A stretch of DNA of 64,000 nucleotides from an uncultured Actinomycetes bacterium (lineage in GTDB: Bacteria > Actinomycetota > Thermoleophilia > Gaiellales > Gaiellaceae). The position numbers were made by a program, and so were the translations under genes. Below the pieces are notes generated by a model, which was not told the origin of the DNA, ran no database searches, and worked only from the letters and a program-made list of their open reading frames with translations. This document shows, piece after piece, positions 8,996 through 18,570 of this stretch. How positions within the stretch are numbered: position 1 is the stretch's first letter; each line of letters starts with the position of its first letter. Location of the stretch: assembly GCA_963746445.1 (NCBI GenBank), contig CAVVAW010000008.1, positions 102,565 to 166,564 of the forward strand, given 5' to 3'.

Positions 8996-9960
8996 ACGAG
9001 CTCCCGCCAGAGATCCTCGACGAGGTCGGCGGAGCGGCGCCAGGTGAACATCGACGCGCGCGCGCGGCCGATCTCGACGAGCGAGTCACGCCGGCGCTCG
9101 GCCTCCTCGATGCCGGCTGCGATCGACTCCGGGTCGCGCGGGTCGACGAGCACCGCCGCGCCGCCCGCCACCTCCTCGGTCGCGCCGCCCCGGCTCGTCA
9201 CCACCGGCGTCCCGCACGCCATCGCCTCGAGCACCGGGATCCCGAACCCCTCGTACAACGAGGGATAGACGAGGCAGCGCGCGCCGCGCATCAGGGCCGC
9301 GAGCTCCTCGTCACTCGGCTCGCCGACCCAGCCCGGGGCGGCGACGTCGCCCCAGCCGGCGGCGCCGGCGACACGCAGCTCGATGCCTGCGATCCGTGCG
9401 GCCTCCACGGCCGCGGCGAGATTCTTTCGCGGCTCGAGCGTGCCGACCGCGAGCAGGTAATCGCCCTCGGCGGCCGGGCCGTCGGGCCCGAACACCGGGT
9501 CGACGCCGTTCGGGACGACGCGGATCCGCTCGACGGGGACGCGAAGGCGCGCGACGAGCTCGTCCCGCGTGAACGCCGAGACCGCGACGACCGCGTCCGC
9601 AGCGCGCACGCCGCCGCGCAGCGCGAGCGCGCCCGTCATCCGGTGCCAGCGTGGGAACGCCTCCGGGTGCCGGATCACGCCGAGGTCGTGAACGGTGACG
9701 ACGAGCGGCGCGCGCGGCGAGACAGGCGCGCGGAAGGTGGTGCAGTGGAGGACGTCGAGCTTCGCCGAGGCGTGTCCGAGCCGGAACGGGTACCAGAGTG
9801 CATCGCGCCGGACGGAGGCGATGCGTCCTTCGCCGCCTGCCTCCAGGCCGACGAGCTCGAGCCCGGGGCGGCCCGTCAGCTCCGAGAGCAGGCCGCGCAC
9901 GTGCCGCGCCGTCCCGGCGCGCGTCTGGACGAGCGGGGATGTGTCGATCCCGACCCTCAC
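8992..9960 (-). CDS. GT4-family glycosyltransferase
   Basis: From GTG 9960 (GTGA overlap with the NUDIX stop): VRVGIDTSPL..., VTVHDLGV, EPRKN, YEGFGIPVLEAMACGTPVV. Confidence 0.85.
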   Translation of the reverse strand: MRVGIDTSPLVQTRAGTARHVRGLLSELTGRPGLELVGLEAGGEGRIASVRRDALWYPFRLGHASAKLDVLHCTTFRAPVSPRAPLVVTVHDLGVIRHPEAFPRWHRMTGALALRGGVRAADAVVAVSAFTRDELVARLRVPVERIRVVPNGVDPVFGPDGPAAEGDYLLAVGTLEPRKNLAAAVEAARIAGIELRVAGAAGWGDVAAPGWVGEPSDEELAALMRGARCLVYPSLYEGFGIPVLEAMACGTPVVTSRGGATEEVAGGAAVLVDPRDPESIAAGIEEAERRRDSLVEIGRARASMFTWRRSADLVEDLWRELV

Positions 9961-10391
9961 ACGGCGGCCCTCCGCACGAGCTCCTTCGGCTCCGGGTACT
10001 CCAGGAGCGCGATCGCGGCCTCTGGATCGAGCCAGCGCGCCTCGACGTGCTCGTGGTCGAGCGTCGGCTCCCACCCCTCGGGGGCCTCGGCCACGAACGG
10101 CCAGACGACGATCCGCTCCGTCCCGGCCGGGAACCGTGCGCGCACCGGTTCGGGGTCGCCCGCGAGGTCGTAGTCGAGCGGATCGCCGAGCTGCTCCGGC
10201 ACGGCGACCAGGCCTGTCTCCTCGAGTAGCTCGCGCGCGGCGGCTGCCGCAGGCTCCTCACCCCAGTCGACGCCACCCGAGACGAGATGCCAGTACCCGA
10301 GCTTCTCCGGCGAGCGCAGGAGAACGAGGTACTCGCCGGCCGGGCGGCGGACCGCGATCGCCACCTCCACCGGACGGCGGTTGCCGCTCAC
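9957..10391 (-). CDS. NUDIX hydrolase
   Basis: 144-aa ORF with Nudix box GGVDWGEEPAAAAARELLEETGL. GTGA overlaps at both ends. Confidence 0.85.
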   Translation of the reverse strand: MSGNRRPVEVAIAVRRPAGEYLVLLRSPEKLGYWHLVSGGVDWGEEPAAAAARELLEETGLVAVPEQLGDPLDYDLAGDPEPVRARFPAGTERIVVWPFVAEAPEGWEPTLDHEHVEARWLDPEAAIALLEYPEPKELVRRAAV

Positions 10392-11458
10392 CCGCGCTCC
10401 TCGAGCGCCGCGAGCATCGCCGCGCCCGTCGACTCCCAGGAGAACCGGGCCGCATGGGCGAGGCCGATCGGGACGAGCTCCTCGCGTCGGGCGACGGCCT
10501 CCCGGATCCCCGCGGCGATCGCCTCGACGTCGAGCGGGTCGACCCGCACCGCCGCGTCACCACAGGCCTCGTCGAGCGAGGGATGCGCCGAGGCGACGAC
10601 GGGCGTGCCGCACGCCATCGCCTCGACGATCGGCATGCCGAACCCCTCGTAGAGCGCGGGATAGACGAGCACCGACGCTCCACGGTAGAGCCTCGCGATC
10701 TCGTCGTCGGGGACGTAGCCGAGGCGCCGGATGCGCGGGTCGGCGAGGTCGGGCCGCTCGCCCCACCCCTCGCCCCCCGCGAGCACGAGCCCGAGCTCTC
10801 CGTCGAGGAGCCGCCACGCCTCGATCAGGCGGGCGAGGTTCTTGCGCGGCTCGATCGTGCCGAGCCCGAGGACGGCGGGACCGCCGAGGTCGGCCGCCGG
10901 GCCTTCCGCACCGAGGCCGTCCGCGAGCCCCGGAGGCGTGTGGACGATCCGCTCCTGCTCGATGCCGAGGGTCGCCGTCAGGTCGGCCGCGGTGAAGCGG
11001 GAGTTCGCGAAGACGACGTCGCAGGTCGCCGCCGCGTTCCTGGCCTTGTGCGTATGCATCGAGACGGTGCGGGCCGTGCACCACTCCGGGTGGTGGAACG
11101 GCACGAGGTCGTGGAAGACCGTCGCGCGCACGCCGCCGCGCTGCGCCGGGTACATCCACTCGCTGAAGACGAAGGCGTCCAGGCGCCCCGCGACGAGCTC
11201 CACGGAGGGCCGCCCGAGGCGGCTCCATCCCGTGCGGAGGGCGTGCGACGCGGGCAGCGGGACCAGCCGGGGCGCGGCCGGGATGTTGTCTAGCGCAGCG
11301 CGGATCGCGACCGGCCCGCGGAGGCTCGTCGGCGCGAACGCGACGAGCTCGTGCCGGTCTCCGGCGGCCGCACACATGCCGGCAAGCGAGCCGCGGATGT
11401 AGTTCCCGATCCCGGTGCGCGGATGGGAGAGCGGCGAGACGTCGACGACGATCCTCAT
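10388..11458 (-). CDS. GT4-family glycosyltransferase
   Basis: MRIVVDVSPLSHPRTGIGNY..., FHDLVP, EPRKN, YEGFGMPIVEAMACGTPVV. Start moved to ATG 11458 because GGGAG lies 5-6 nt upstream. Confidence 0.85.
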   Translation of the reverse strand: MRIVVDVSPLSHPRTGIGNYIRGSLAGMCAAAGDRHELVAFAPTSLRGPVAIRAALDNIPAAPRLVPLPASHALRTGWSRLGRPSVELVAGRLDAFVFSEWMYPAQRGGVRATVFHDLVPFHHPEWCTARTVSMHTHKARNAAATCDVVFANSRFTAADLTATLGIEQERIVHTPPGLADGLGAEGPAADLGGPAVLGLGTIEPRKNLARLIEAWRLLDGELGLVLAGGEGWGERPDLADPRIRRLGYVPDDEIARLYRGASVLVYPALYEGFGMPIVEAMACGTPVVASAHPSLDEACGDAAVRVDPLDVEAIAAGIREAVARREELVPIGLAHAARFSWESTGAAMLAALEERG

Positions 11459-11522
11459 ACCCGCTCCCGGCGCCGGCACAGCCGGCGCCTCCGCTCTCTG
11501 GAGCCTCCGTCGAGCCTACGGC

Positions 11523-13613
11523 TCATGCCGGCTCCTCCTGCACGAAAGAGTCGAAATGCGCCCCCAGCTCGCGGTCGTCCGTGTTGCCCGGGATCACCTC
11601 GGCGGGCACGCGGGTCGGCGAGACCGTGAAGCGGACGACGCACCTGCCACCCTCCGCCTCGAGCGGCACCCGGAGCGTCGCCGTCCCCTCCGGCGCCACG
11701 GCGATGCTCGCCGCGGGCTTCCCGTGCACGAACGCGGTCACGCGCGTGAGCTGCCCGGCGAAGAGCGTCGGGTCGGAATGGAGGCCGACCAACAGCCCTC
11801 CGCCCATGCAGCGCAGCCGCTTCCACGTCACTCCCGCGCCCGACCAGGTGTCGTTCGGGTAGAGGCCGCTCACGCTCGTCAGGGACGACAGCGGCCCGCG
11901 GAGGCGCCAGAGCGTCGTCCCCAGGTCGTCGCGGGCGACCACCCGTCCGTCGGGCGTGACCGAGCCGTCGAGCAGCGCGTACGGCGCATCCACCGTCCCG
12001 CCCGTCGGCGTGCGAACGATGCCGTCGGCGTCGATCCGGACGGGCGTCTCGCCGATGCCTCCCGGCGTCGGCTGCGAGGTGTAGTAGACCCTGCCGACGC
12101 GGCGGTTGAAGAACTCGTTCTGGTTCACCGTGAACCGATCCGCGCGTCCCGTCCACAGGACCGCCACCTCGTCACGCGTCGGCACGCTGCCGTCGATCCA
12201 GTCACGCGGGACGCCTCGGATCCCCTGGAACAGCGCGCCCTCCCCGGAGCGGAGCACGCCGTGAGGGCCTGACCAGACCGGCCGCGAGAGCACGACGAAG
12301 ACGCCGAGCAGGACGATCGGTACGACGACCGCGTGCCGCACCGGGATCAGGGCGAGCAACGCCACGAGGCCGAGCGCCACCGCGAGCACCGTCGCCCAGT
12401 ACGACCCGGCGAGGAGGTGCGCGTTCGCGGTCCAGAGCGGCAGCAGGCCAAACGTGTCCGACTTCGCCGGCTCGCCGATGAAGCGGACGTAGGGGAAGAC
12501 GACGACGAGCCCGACCGCCACGAACGCGCCGACGACGAGTGGCACGCGGGGCCGCGGCGCGCCGAGCTCGACCCACGCCGCGAGCACGGCCACGAGGAGC
12601 GGCGCGAGGAAGAAGAGGTAGCGGTCCTGCACACGGTCGGAGGCGAACCGCGACGCGAACGCCCCCACGACGAGGGTGGACGTCGCGATCAGCCCGAGCG
12701 TCGCGGCCAGATGCTCCTGCACACGGGGCGGAAGCTCGCGCGCCTGCCAGAGCAGCACCACGAGCGCGACGACCGGGACGACGGCGACGTAGAGCGTCAG
12801 CTCCTCGACGTGCCAGAGCCAGAAGCGGAGCACGTTCCCGGCGTCGTAGCCGCCCTCGCCGACGACGCTGTAGGCGCCGAGGAGGTCCGAGAGCGACCGG
12901 CCCCGAGCGAGCTGCGCCACGACGACGAGCAGGCCGAGCCCGATCGTGCCACCGAGGAACGGCGCAAAGCGGCGCAGCACCCCCGGGTCTCGTCGCAACA
13001 GCGCGAGCAGGAACGGCGCGAGGACGACGGCTCCCACGAACCCGATCGCCTGCGAGCGGGTCGCGACGGCCGCGACGAGCGCGGCGGCGAGCACCGCGAT
13101 CCGGCCGCCGGAGGGACGCTCGAGCACCCGCAGGAACGTCCAGGCGAAGAACAGCGCGACCGGGTAGAAGAGCGTCTCCGTCACGAGTGTCGCCGTGTAT
13201 GCCATCGAGGGGATCGCGACGGCGATCACGGCGCAAAGGAGCGATAGGCCACGACCCGCGACCCGCCGGGTGACGAGCCAGGCGGGCACGGCCGCGAACG
13301 ACATCGCGACGGCGTTCGTCGCCTTCGCGAGCGCGTAGGCGCTCGGCAGCGCGTCGAAGAGCGCGTACGCCGGCGCGAGGAGGAGCGGATAGAGGGTGCT
13401 GTACCCGCTCGTCGGCACGCCGCGGACAGCAAAGCTGCCGGCATCGGCGACGCTCTTCGCGAGCTCGGAGTAGATGAGCTCGTCGACGAAGACGAACGGC
13501 GCCGGCATAGCGCGGACGAGCCAGACGCGCAGCGCGGCCGAGGCGACGACGATCCCGGCGAGCCATGCCCAATCGGGCACGCGGGCGACACGCGCCCGCC
13601 ACGACTCACCCAC
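11523..13613 (-). CDS. GT-C fold integral-membrane glycosyltransferase, paralog of 4418..6589
   Basis: 696-aa ORF with first-loop motif FVDELIYSELAKSVADAG, many TM segments and a C-terminal beta-rich domain. It aligns by eye with 4418..6589 over the N-terminal 150 aa. Confidence 0.7.
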   Translation of the reverse strand: MGESWRARVARVPDWAWLAGIVVASAALRVWLVRAMPAPFVFVDELIYSELAKSVADAGSFAVRGVPTSGYSTLYPLLLAPAYALFDALPSAYALAKATNAVAMSFAAVPAWLVTRRVAGRGLSLLCAVIAVAIPSMAYTATLVTETLFYPVALFFAWTFLRVLERPSGGRIAVLAAALVAAVATRSQAIGFVGAVVLAPFLLALLRRDPGVLRRFAPFLGGTIGLGLLVVVAQLARGRSLSDLLGAYSVVGEGGYDAGNVLRFWLWHVEELTLYVAVVPVVALVVLLWQARELPPRVQEHLAATLGLIATSTLVVGAFASRFASDRVQDRYLFFLAPLLVAVLAAWVELGAPRPRVPLVVGAFVAVGLVVVFPYVRFIGEPAKSDTFGLLPLWTANAHLLAGSYWATVLAVALGLVALLALIPVRHAVVVPIVLLGVFVVLSRPVWSGPHGVLRSGEGALFQGIRGVPRDWIDGSVPTRDEVAVLWTGRADRFTVNQNEFFNRRVGRVYYTSQPTPGGIGETPVRIDADGIVRTPTGGTVDAPYALLDGSVTPDGRVVARDDLGTTLWRLRGPLSSLTSVSGLYPNDTWSGAGVTWKRLRCMGGGLLVGLHSDPTLFAGQLTRVTAFVHGKPAASIAVAPEGTATLRVPLEAEGGRCVVRFTVSPTRVPAEVIPGNTDDRELGAHFDSFVQEEPA

Positions 13614-14844
13614 CGAGGTCGACCTCGGCGAGCCGTCTCGCGATCTCGGAGGCCTCGGGCGAGCCGGGCGCGATGCCGACCTCGCCCGCCGCCTCGCTCA
13701 CGTCGCGAACGACGTCGTCCGCGACGGCCCCGCCACCCGCGATCCGCTCGAACGCCGACGCCTGTAGGTCGGCAACCCGACGGAGATCGTGCTCCGTCGT
13801 GGCGAGCGCGCGAGCGGCGGCACCCATCGAGGCGCGCGCGTCGGGCCGCTCGGCGAGAAGCCGCAGTGCCGCCGCGAGGTCGGAGACCTCGTCGTCGCCG
13901 ACGGCAACCCGGAGCGCGACGCCGTCGGGAAGCTCCGCGAACCAGCCCACGTCGGAGACGACCAGCGGCTTGCCGAGGGTCAGCGCCCTGATCGCGGTGC
14001 CGGAGGTCTCGCCCATCGTCGGCGAGCGGAGGCTCACGTGGACGTGGCACGCGGCCATCAGCTCCCAGAGCCGGCGCTCGTCGACGTAGCCCTCGCGCAC
14101 GATCCCGTCGCCGCCGAGCCCGAGTCGCTGCAGGCGGCGCTCGAGGTCGAAGCCGGGCGACGTCGCGCCGACGAGCAGGAGCCGCGCGCCGGGATGCTCC
14201 GCACGGACACGCGCGAAGGCTTCGAGCAGTTGCGGCACGCGCTTCGACTGGTTGACGTTCCCGAACGCGCCGATCAGCGGGTCACCCGCGATCGCGGCCG
14301 GCTCGACACCCGGGTCGGGCCACGCGGGATGCGGCACGTGGGCGATCGGCCCGTCGAAGCGGGCCGCCCGCGCGCGGTCAGCAACGTAGCGCGAGTGCAC
14401 GACGAGGCCCGTCGCGAGCGAGAGCACCTCGCCGGCGAGCGGGAACTCCTCCGGCCGCGCCTCCCAGAGGGGAGGCAGCCGCTTGTCGAGGACGCCGTGC
14501 GCCAGCAGCCGGCCGACCACGCCGTGCTCGCGCTCCATCGCGTCGAGGTAGCCGTGGCCGTCCCGCCGACCGATGGTGACGCCGGCGACGAGGTGATGCA
14601 GGACGAAGTCGTGCAGGACGACTGCGCCGGGCTGTCGCCGCATGGCGTCCAGGATCCAGCCGTGGCCGTCGGGGTTGTTGCCGATGTGGTAAACGGCGAG
14701 ATCGGTACCGCGCGGCGGGCGCTTCGTCCCTCGCTTCACCACGTGCACGTCGAGACGCTCGCGGAGCGCCGGCAGGAGGAGCGCGGAGTAGTCGGCGATG
14801 CCGGACGACTCGGGCGGCATCGGCGAGAAGTACGCCACCCTCAC
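13606..14844 (-). CDS. GT4-family glycosyltransferase with C-terminal extension
   Basis: From GTG 14844 (GTGA overlap): VRVAYFSPMPPESSGIADYS..., VLHDFVLHH, and a C-terminal GETSGTAIRALTLGKPLVV variant of the GT-B motif. Confidence 0.8.
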   Translation of the reverse strand: MRVAYFSPMPPESSGIADYSALLLPALRERLDVHVVKRGTKRPPRGTDLAVYHIGNNPDGHGWILDAMRRQPGAVVLHDFVLHHLVAGVTIGRRDGHGYLDAMEREHGVVGRLLAHGVLDKRLPPLWEARPEEFPLAGEVLSLATGLVVHSRYVADRARAARFDGPIAHVPHPAWPDPGVEPAAIAGDPLIGAFGNVNQSKRVPQLLEAFARVRAEHPGARLLLVGATSPGFDLERRLQRLGLGGDGIVREGYVDERRLWELMAACHVHVSLRSPTMGETSGTAIRALTLGKPLVVSDVGWFAELPDGVALRVAVGDDEVSDLAAALRLLAERPDARASMGAAARALATTEHDLRRVADLQASAFERIAGGGAVADDVVRDVSEAAGEVGIAPGSPEASEIARRLAEVDLGG

Positions 14845-15866
14845 GAGAAGAGCCTCTCGATCGCGCGGTCCCATGTCACCTCGTCGGCGAGCGCCTTCCC
14901 GGCCATCCCGAACGCGGCGGCCTCTTCCTCGTGCTCGCGCAGCCAGGTCGCCGCGCCGCCGATCTCGGCGGCGTCCGGCCGGACGACGAGCCCCGTCTCG
15001 CGGTCCGAGACGACGTCGAGCGGGCCTCCCGCGTCTGTCGTCGTGATCACCGGCTTGCCCGAGAGGAAGGCCTCGAAAGGCCCCATCCCGAAGTCCTCGT
15101 CGACGGGCGCGTAGTAGACGGACGAGCAGGTCGCGTAGAGCTGCGCGAGCTGCTCGGCGTCGACGCGCCCCTCGAAGCGCACGCGGCCGTCGAGCCGGCG
15201 GGCGCGGGCGATCTCCTCGAGCCGCTCGCGATCCGGGCCGTCGGAGGCGATCACGACCTCGAGCGCGGGTTCGCGCGCAGCCGCCTCGAGCAGGAGGTCG
15301 ATCCGCTTCGCGCGGTCGAGCCGGCTCGCGGAGAGGACGAAGCCCTGCGAGGGGGACGACCGGTACGGGAGCGCCTGCGGCGGGTGCGGCAGGACCTCGG
15401 CTACGAGGCCCGTCGACCGCTCGAGGCGCCCCGCGACGTTCGCCGACGTCGCGAACAGACGTGTCGCCTCGCCGAGCGCGCGCCGGTCGAGCTCCTGCAC
15501 CTGCCGGCGGAGCGCACGCTCCTCGGGAGACCCGCCGAACTGCCCGAGCTCGGTGCCGTCCAGCTCGTACGCCTGCCGGAACTGATGCACGAGCCACACG
15601 CGCTTCTCACGGTGCCGGACGACGTAGGACGGGAACTTCGTCGCCACCACGACGTCGATCGGGCGGCCGTCGGACTCTTCGAGGTCGAGCATGCGCCAGA
15701 GGAACGCCTGGGTGAGCACGCGGGCGCCGGGGTACCACTTGAACGGGACCGAGACGAGATCCGCCTCGTGCCCGCGCGCGCGCAGCTCCGCGACGAGCTC
15801 GTCCGTGAAGATCTCGGCGCCCCCACGCGCGAACGGCACCTGCGGCCGGAGGACGGCGATCCGCAT
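14841..15866 (-). CDS. GT4-family glycosyltransferase
   Basis: From ATG 15866: MRIAVLRPQVPFARGGAEIF..., and DEDFGMGPFEAFLSGKPVITT (E-x7-E region). Confidence 0.85.
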   Translation of the reverse strand: MRIAVLRPQVPFARGGAEIFTDELVAELRARGHEADLVSVPFKWYPGARVLTQAFLWRMLDLEESDGRPIDVVVATKFPSYVVRHREKRVWLVHQFRQAYELDGTELGQFGGSPEERALRRQVQELDRRALGEATRLFATSANVAGRLERSTGLVAEVLPHPPQALPYRSSPSQGFVLSASRLDRAKRIDLLLEAAAREPALEVVIASDGPDRERLEEIARARRLDGRVRFEGRVDAEQLAQLYATCSSVYYAPVDEDFGMGPFEAFLSGKPVITTTDAGGPLDVVSDRETGLVVRPDAAEIGGAATWLREHEEEAAAFGMAGKALADEVTWDRAIERLFS

Positions 15867-15873
15867 CCGGCGC

Positions 15874-16269
15874 CTAGCGCGGATCCGCGGCGCGATGCCG
15901 CGCGAGCTCCGCCTCGAGTGTCGCGACGCGCTGCTCGAGGTCGTCGACCAGACGCAGCGCGGCGGCATTGAAGGAGCGCTGGTCGTATGCGAGCGGCTCG
16001 ACGTACCAGCGCATCAGCTTGCGAAGGACGGCCTTGACCGGGGTCCCGAGGCCGCCCCGGAACCCGGGGCGCAGGCGAAGTGGCCGGTCGGCCGACACGG
16101 GCCAGAGACGCTCCGCCTCGGCGCGCGCGGCGCGGCGGTCATCCGGCTCTCCCGCCGCGCCTGGATCGGCTCCGGAGCGCCGGATCTCCTCCTTGAGCGC
16201 TGCGAAGAGCGCATCGACGTCGACCTCCTCGGTCGACGGAAAGCCGTTGTCCGTCGCCTCGTCCGGCAC
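15874..16269 (-). CDS. hypothetical protein, C-terminal coiled coil
   Basis: Only the C-terminal part of ORF 15874..16458 has coding character (LRKLMRWYVEPLAYDQRSFNAAALRLVDDLEQRVATLEAELA). The start is uncertain: GTG 16269 was chosen without a convincing RBS. Confidence 0.4.
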   Translation of the reverse strand: MPDEATDNGFPSTEEVDVDALFAALKEEIRRSGADPGAAGEPDDRRAARAEAERLWPVSADRPLRLRPGFRGGLGTPVKAVLRKLMRWYVEPLAYDQRSFNAAALRLVDDLEQRVATLEAELARHRAADPR

Positions 16270-16534
16270 CGGCGAAGTGTAGCCCTGGCCCCGGCCCGCC
16301 TGGCCCTGGCGGGTCGGCGCCGAGCCGCGTCGGGGAGAGTCCGGCACACCTGTCGGTTCGCGACATGTCGGCGGGTGCCAACCTCTCGGGCCGCCGGCCT
16401 CCTCCCCACGCTTCGAGCGTAACGCGGAAGTCGACACGTGTCTGTCACGGAGCTGCATCGAGACGGTGCCGACTGCTCCACAGCCGCGGGAACGGTTCGC
16501 CGTCGGGCAGGGACCGCGGCTCTAGGATCGGCGG

Positions 16535-17604
16535 ATGCTCGTCGGCCTCCCGCTCCTCACGCTCGTGCCCGGGATCTCGGGCGGGAGCGAGACATACGCG
16601 CGCGAGCTCTGCCGCGCGCTCGCGCGGGTCGGGGAGCACGAGTACGAGGCGCTCGTCCCGACACTCGCGCCCGACGCCGGGGGCGGCCTGCCGTCCGTCG
16701 TCGCAGCCGGATACCCGGCCTCGACGTCGACGCCTAGGGCGGCTCCGTGCGATGGGAGAGCGCGCGACTCCTGCCCGGTGCACTCCGGCGACAGCTCGAG
16801 CGCGCCGACGTCGTCCACTACCCGCTCACCGTGCCGGTCCCGCCCGCGGGGAAGCCCACCGTCCTGAGCCTCCTCGACGTCCAGCACCTCGACCTGCCGG
16901 AGCTCTTCCCGCGTGGCGAACGGCTGTTCCGTCGGCTCGCATACGACCGCGCCGCACGCGGTGCCGGTTCCGTCGTGGTGATCAGTGAGTGGGTCAAGGA
17001 CCGCGTGGTGGCGCGGCTCGGCCTCGATCCCGAGCGCGTTCACGCGATCCACCTCGGGGTCGACCACGAGCGCTTCTCGCCTGACGCGAGCGTCGCGCGC
17101 GAGCCCTTCCTCCTCTACCCCGCGCGGCCCTGGCCGCACAAGAACCACGCGCGGCTCTACGACGCGTTCGCGCGCGTGCGCGCCGAGCGGCCCGAGCTGC
17201 GCCTCGTACTCACGGGCGTCGGGCACGCCCCGGCGAGTCTTCCCGAGGGAGTCGAGACGTGCGGCGGCGTTTCGACGGACGAGCTCGTCTCGCTCTATCG
17301 CCGCGCCTCCGCGCTCGTCTTCCCGAGCCTCTACGAGGGCTTTGGGCTGCCTCCCGTCGAGGCGATGGCCTGCGGCTGCCCGGTCGCCGCGTCCGACGCC
17401 GGGTCGCTGCCGGAGGTGGTCGGCGACGCGGCGGTCATCTTCGATCCGCGCGAGCCGGCGTCGATCGCCGCCGGTATCTCGGAGACGCTCGACCGCGCGG
17501 ACGAGCTGCGCGGACGCGGGCTCGCCCGGGCGGCCGGTTTCACCTGGGACGCCACCGCGCGCGCCCACGACCGCGTCTACGAGGCGGCGTTCTCCGCGTC
17601 CTGA
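16535..17604 (+). pseudogene. GT4-family glycosyltransferase with interrupted reading frame (frameshift near 16738-16750)
   Basis: The N-terminal GT-B segment (MLVGLPLLTLVPGISGGSETYARELCRALARVG...) is in the frame of ORF 16535..16867. The rest (...ADVVHYPLT...LLDVQHL...YEGFGLPPVEAMACGCPVA) is in the frame of ORF 16747..17604. The combined length of about 356 aa is normal for GT4. Confidence 0.7.
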
Positions 17605-18560
17605 AGCCGCGCGCGGTCGGCCTCGACCATCATCCGCATGAGCTCGTCGAGGCGCACCTCCGGCGCCCATCCGAGCACCCGTCGTGCCTTCGACGCGTCG
17701 CCGACGAGGTCGTGGAGCTCGGCCGAGCCGCGATACAGCGCCGGGTCGCTCCGCACGTGGTCGCGCCAGTCGAGGGAGACGGCGTCGAACGCGCACGCGA
17801 CGAGCTCCTCGACCGAATGCGACTCGCCCGTTGCGACGATGTAGTCGCCTGGCTCGTCGTGCTGGAGCATCAGCCACATGGCCCGGACGTAGTCGCCGGC
17901 ATACCCCCAGTCGCGGCGCGCGGAGAGATCACCGAGCACGAGCTCGCGCTCGAGCCCGAGCGAGATCGCAGCCGCCGCGCGCGCCACCTTGCGGGGCAGG
18001 AAGTCGACCGGGCGTAGGGGCGACTCGTGGTTGTAGAGGATCCCGCAGCAGGCGAACATCCCGTAGCGACGGCGGTAGCTGGACGTGATGAAGTGGGCGT
18101 ACGTCTTCGCGACGCCGTACGGCGTCAGCGGGCTCGGCGCCGTCTCCTCCGTCTGGGGCGTCTCGCGCGGCTCTCCGAAGATCTCGCTCGACGAGGCCTG
18201 GTAGAAGCGGATCGACAGATCGACCTCGCGGATCGCCTCCAGCATCGACGTCGCGCCGACGGCTGCGAACTCGGCCGTCAGGATCGGCTCGTCCCAGGAG
18301 CGCGGGACGAACGACGGCGCCGCGAGGTTGTAGACCTCCGCCGGCCTGGTTGCGCGAAGCGCTGCAACGAGCGAATCGCGATCGAGAAGATCAGCCTCGA
18401 CGAGCTCGATCGCCGCGCGGAGCTCGCCCAGGCTCTCCGCGTAGGCGGCCGGCTCGCGCCGCACGATTCCCGCCACCTCGTAGCCTTGGTCGAGGAGGAG
18501 GCGGGCGAGGAGCGCTCCGTCCTGGCCGCCGACGCCGGTGATCAGGGCGCGCCCGGCCAC
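17577..18560 (-). CDS. gmd: GDP-mannose 4,6-dehydratase
   Basis: From GTG 18560: ALITGVGGQDGALLARLLLDQGYEV, FYQASSSEIFG, SPYGVAKTYAHFIT, ILYNHESPLR, RDWGYAGDYVRAMWLMLQ. Classic Gmd blocks. Confidence 0.92.
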   Translation of the reverse strand: MAGRALITGVGGQDGALLARLLLDQGYEVAGIVRREPAAYAESLGELRAAIELVEADLLDRDSLVAALRATRPAEVYNLAAPSFVPRSWDEPILTAEFAAVGATSMLEAIREVDLSIRFYQASSSEIFGEPRETPQTEETAPSPLTPYGVAKTYAHFITSSYRRRYGMFACCGILYNHESPLRPVDFLPRKVARAAAAISLGLERELVLGDLSARRDWGYAGDYVRAMWLMLQHDEPGDYIVATGESHSVEELVACAFDAVSLDWRDHVRSDPALYRGSAELHDLVGDASKARRVLGWAPEVRLDELMRMMVEADRARLQDAENAAS

Positions 18561-18570
18561 GGCGGTGAGT

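Noticed and set aside
11469-11489. GC hairpin GGCGCCGG-CACAG-CCGGCGCC between the GT-C gene and the downstream GT4 gene.
   Set aside because: An 8-bp all-GC stem without a U-tract. Such stems are frequent by chance at this GC content, so I do not call it a terminator.
15874-16458. The full 194-aa version of the small coiled-coil protein.
   Set aside because: The N-terminal 60 residues are Arg/Gly/Pro-rich with poor coding character. Only the C-terminal about 130 aa were kept, with low confidence.
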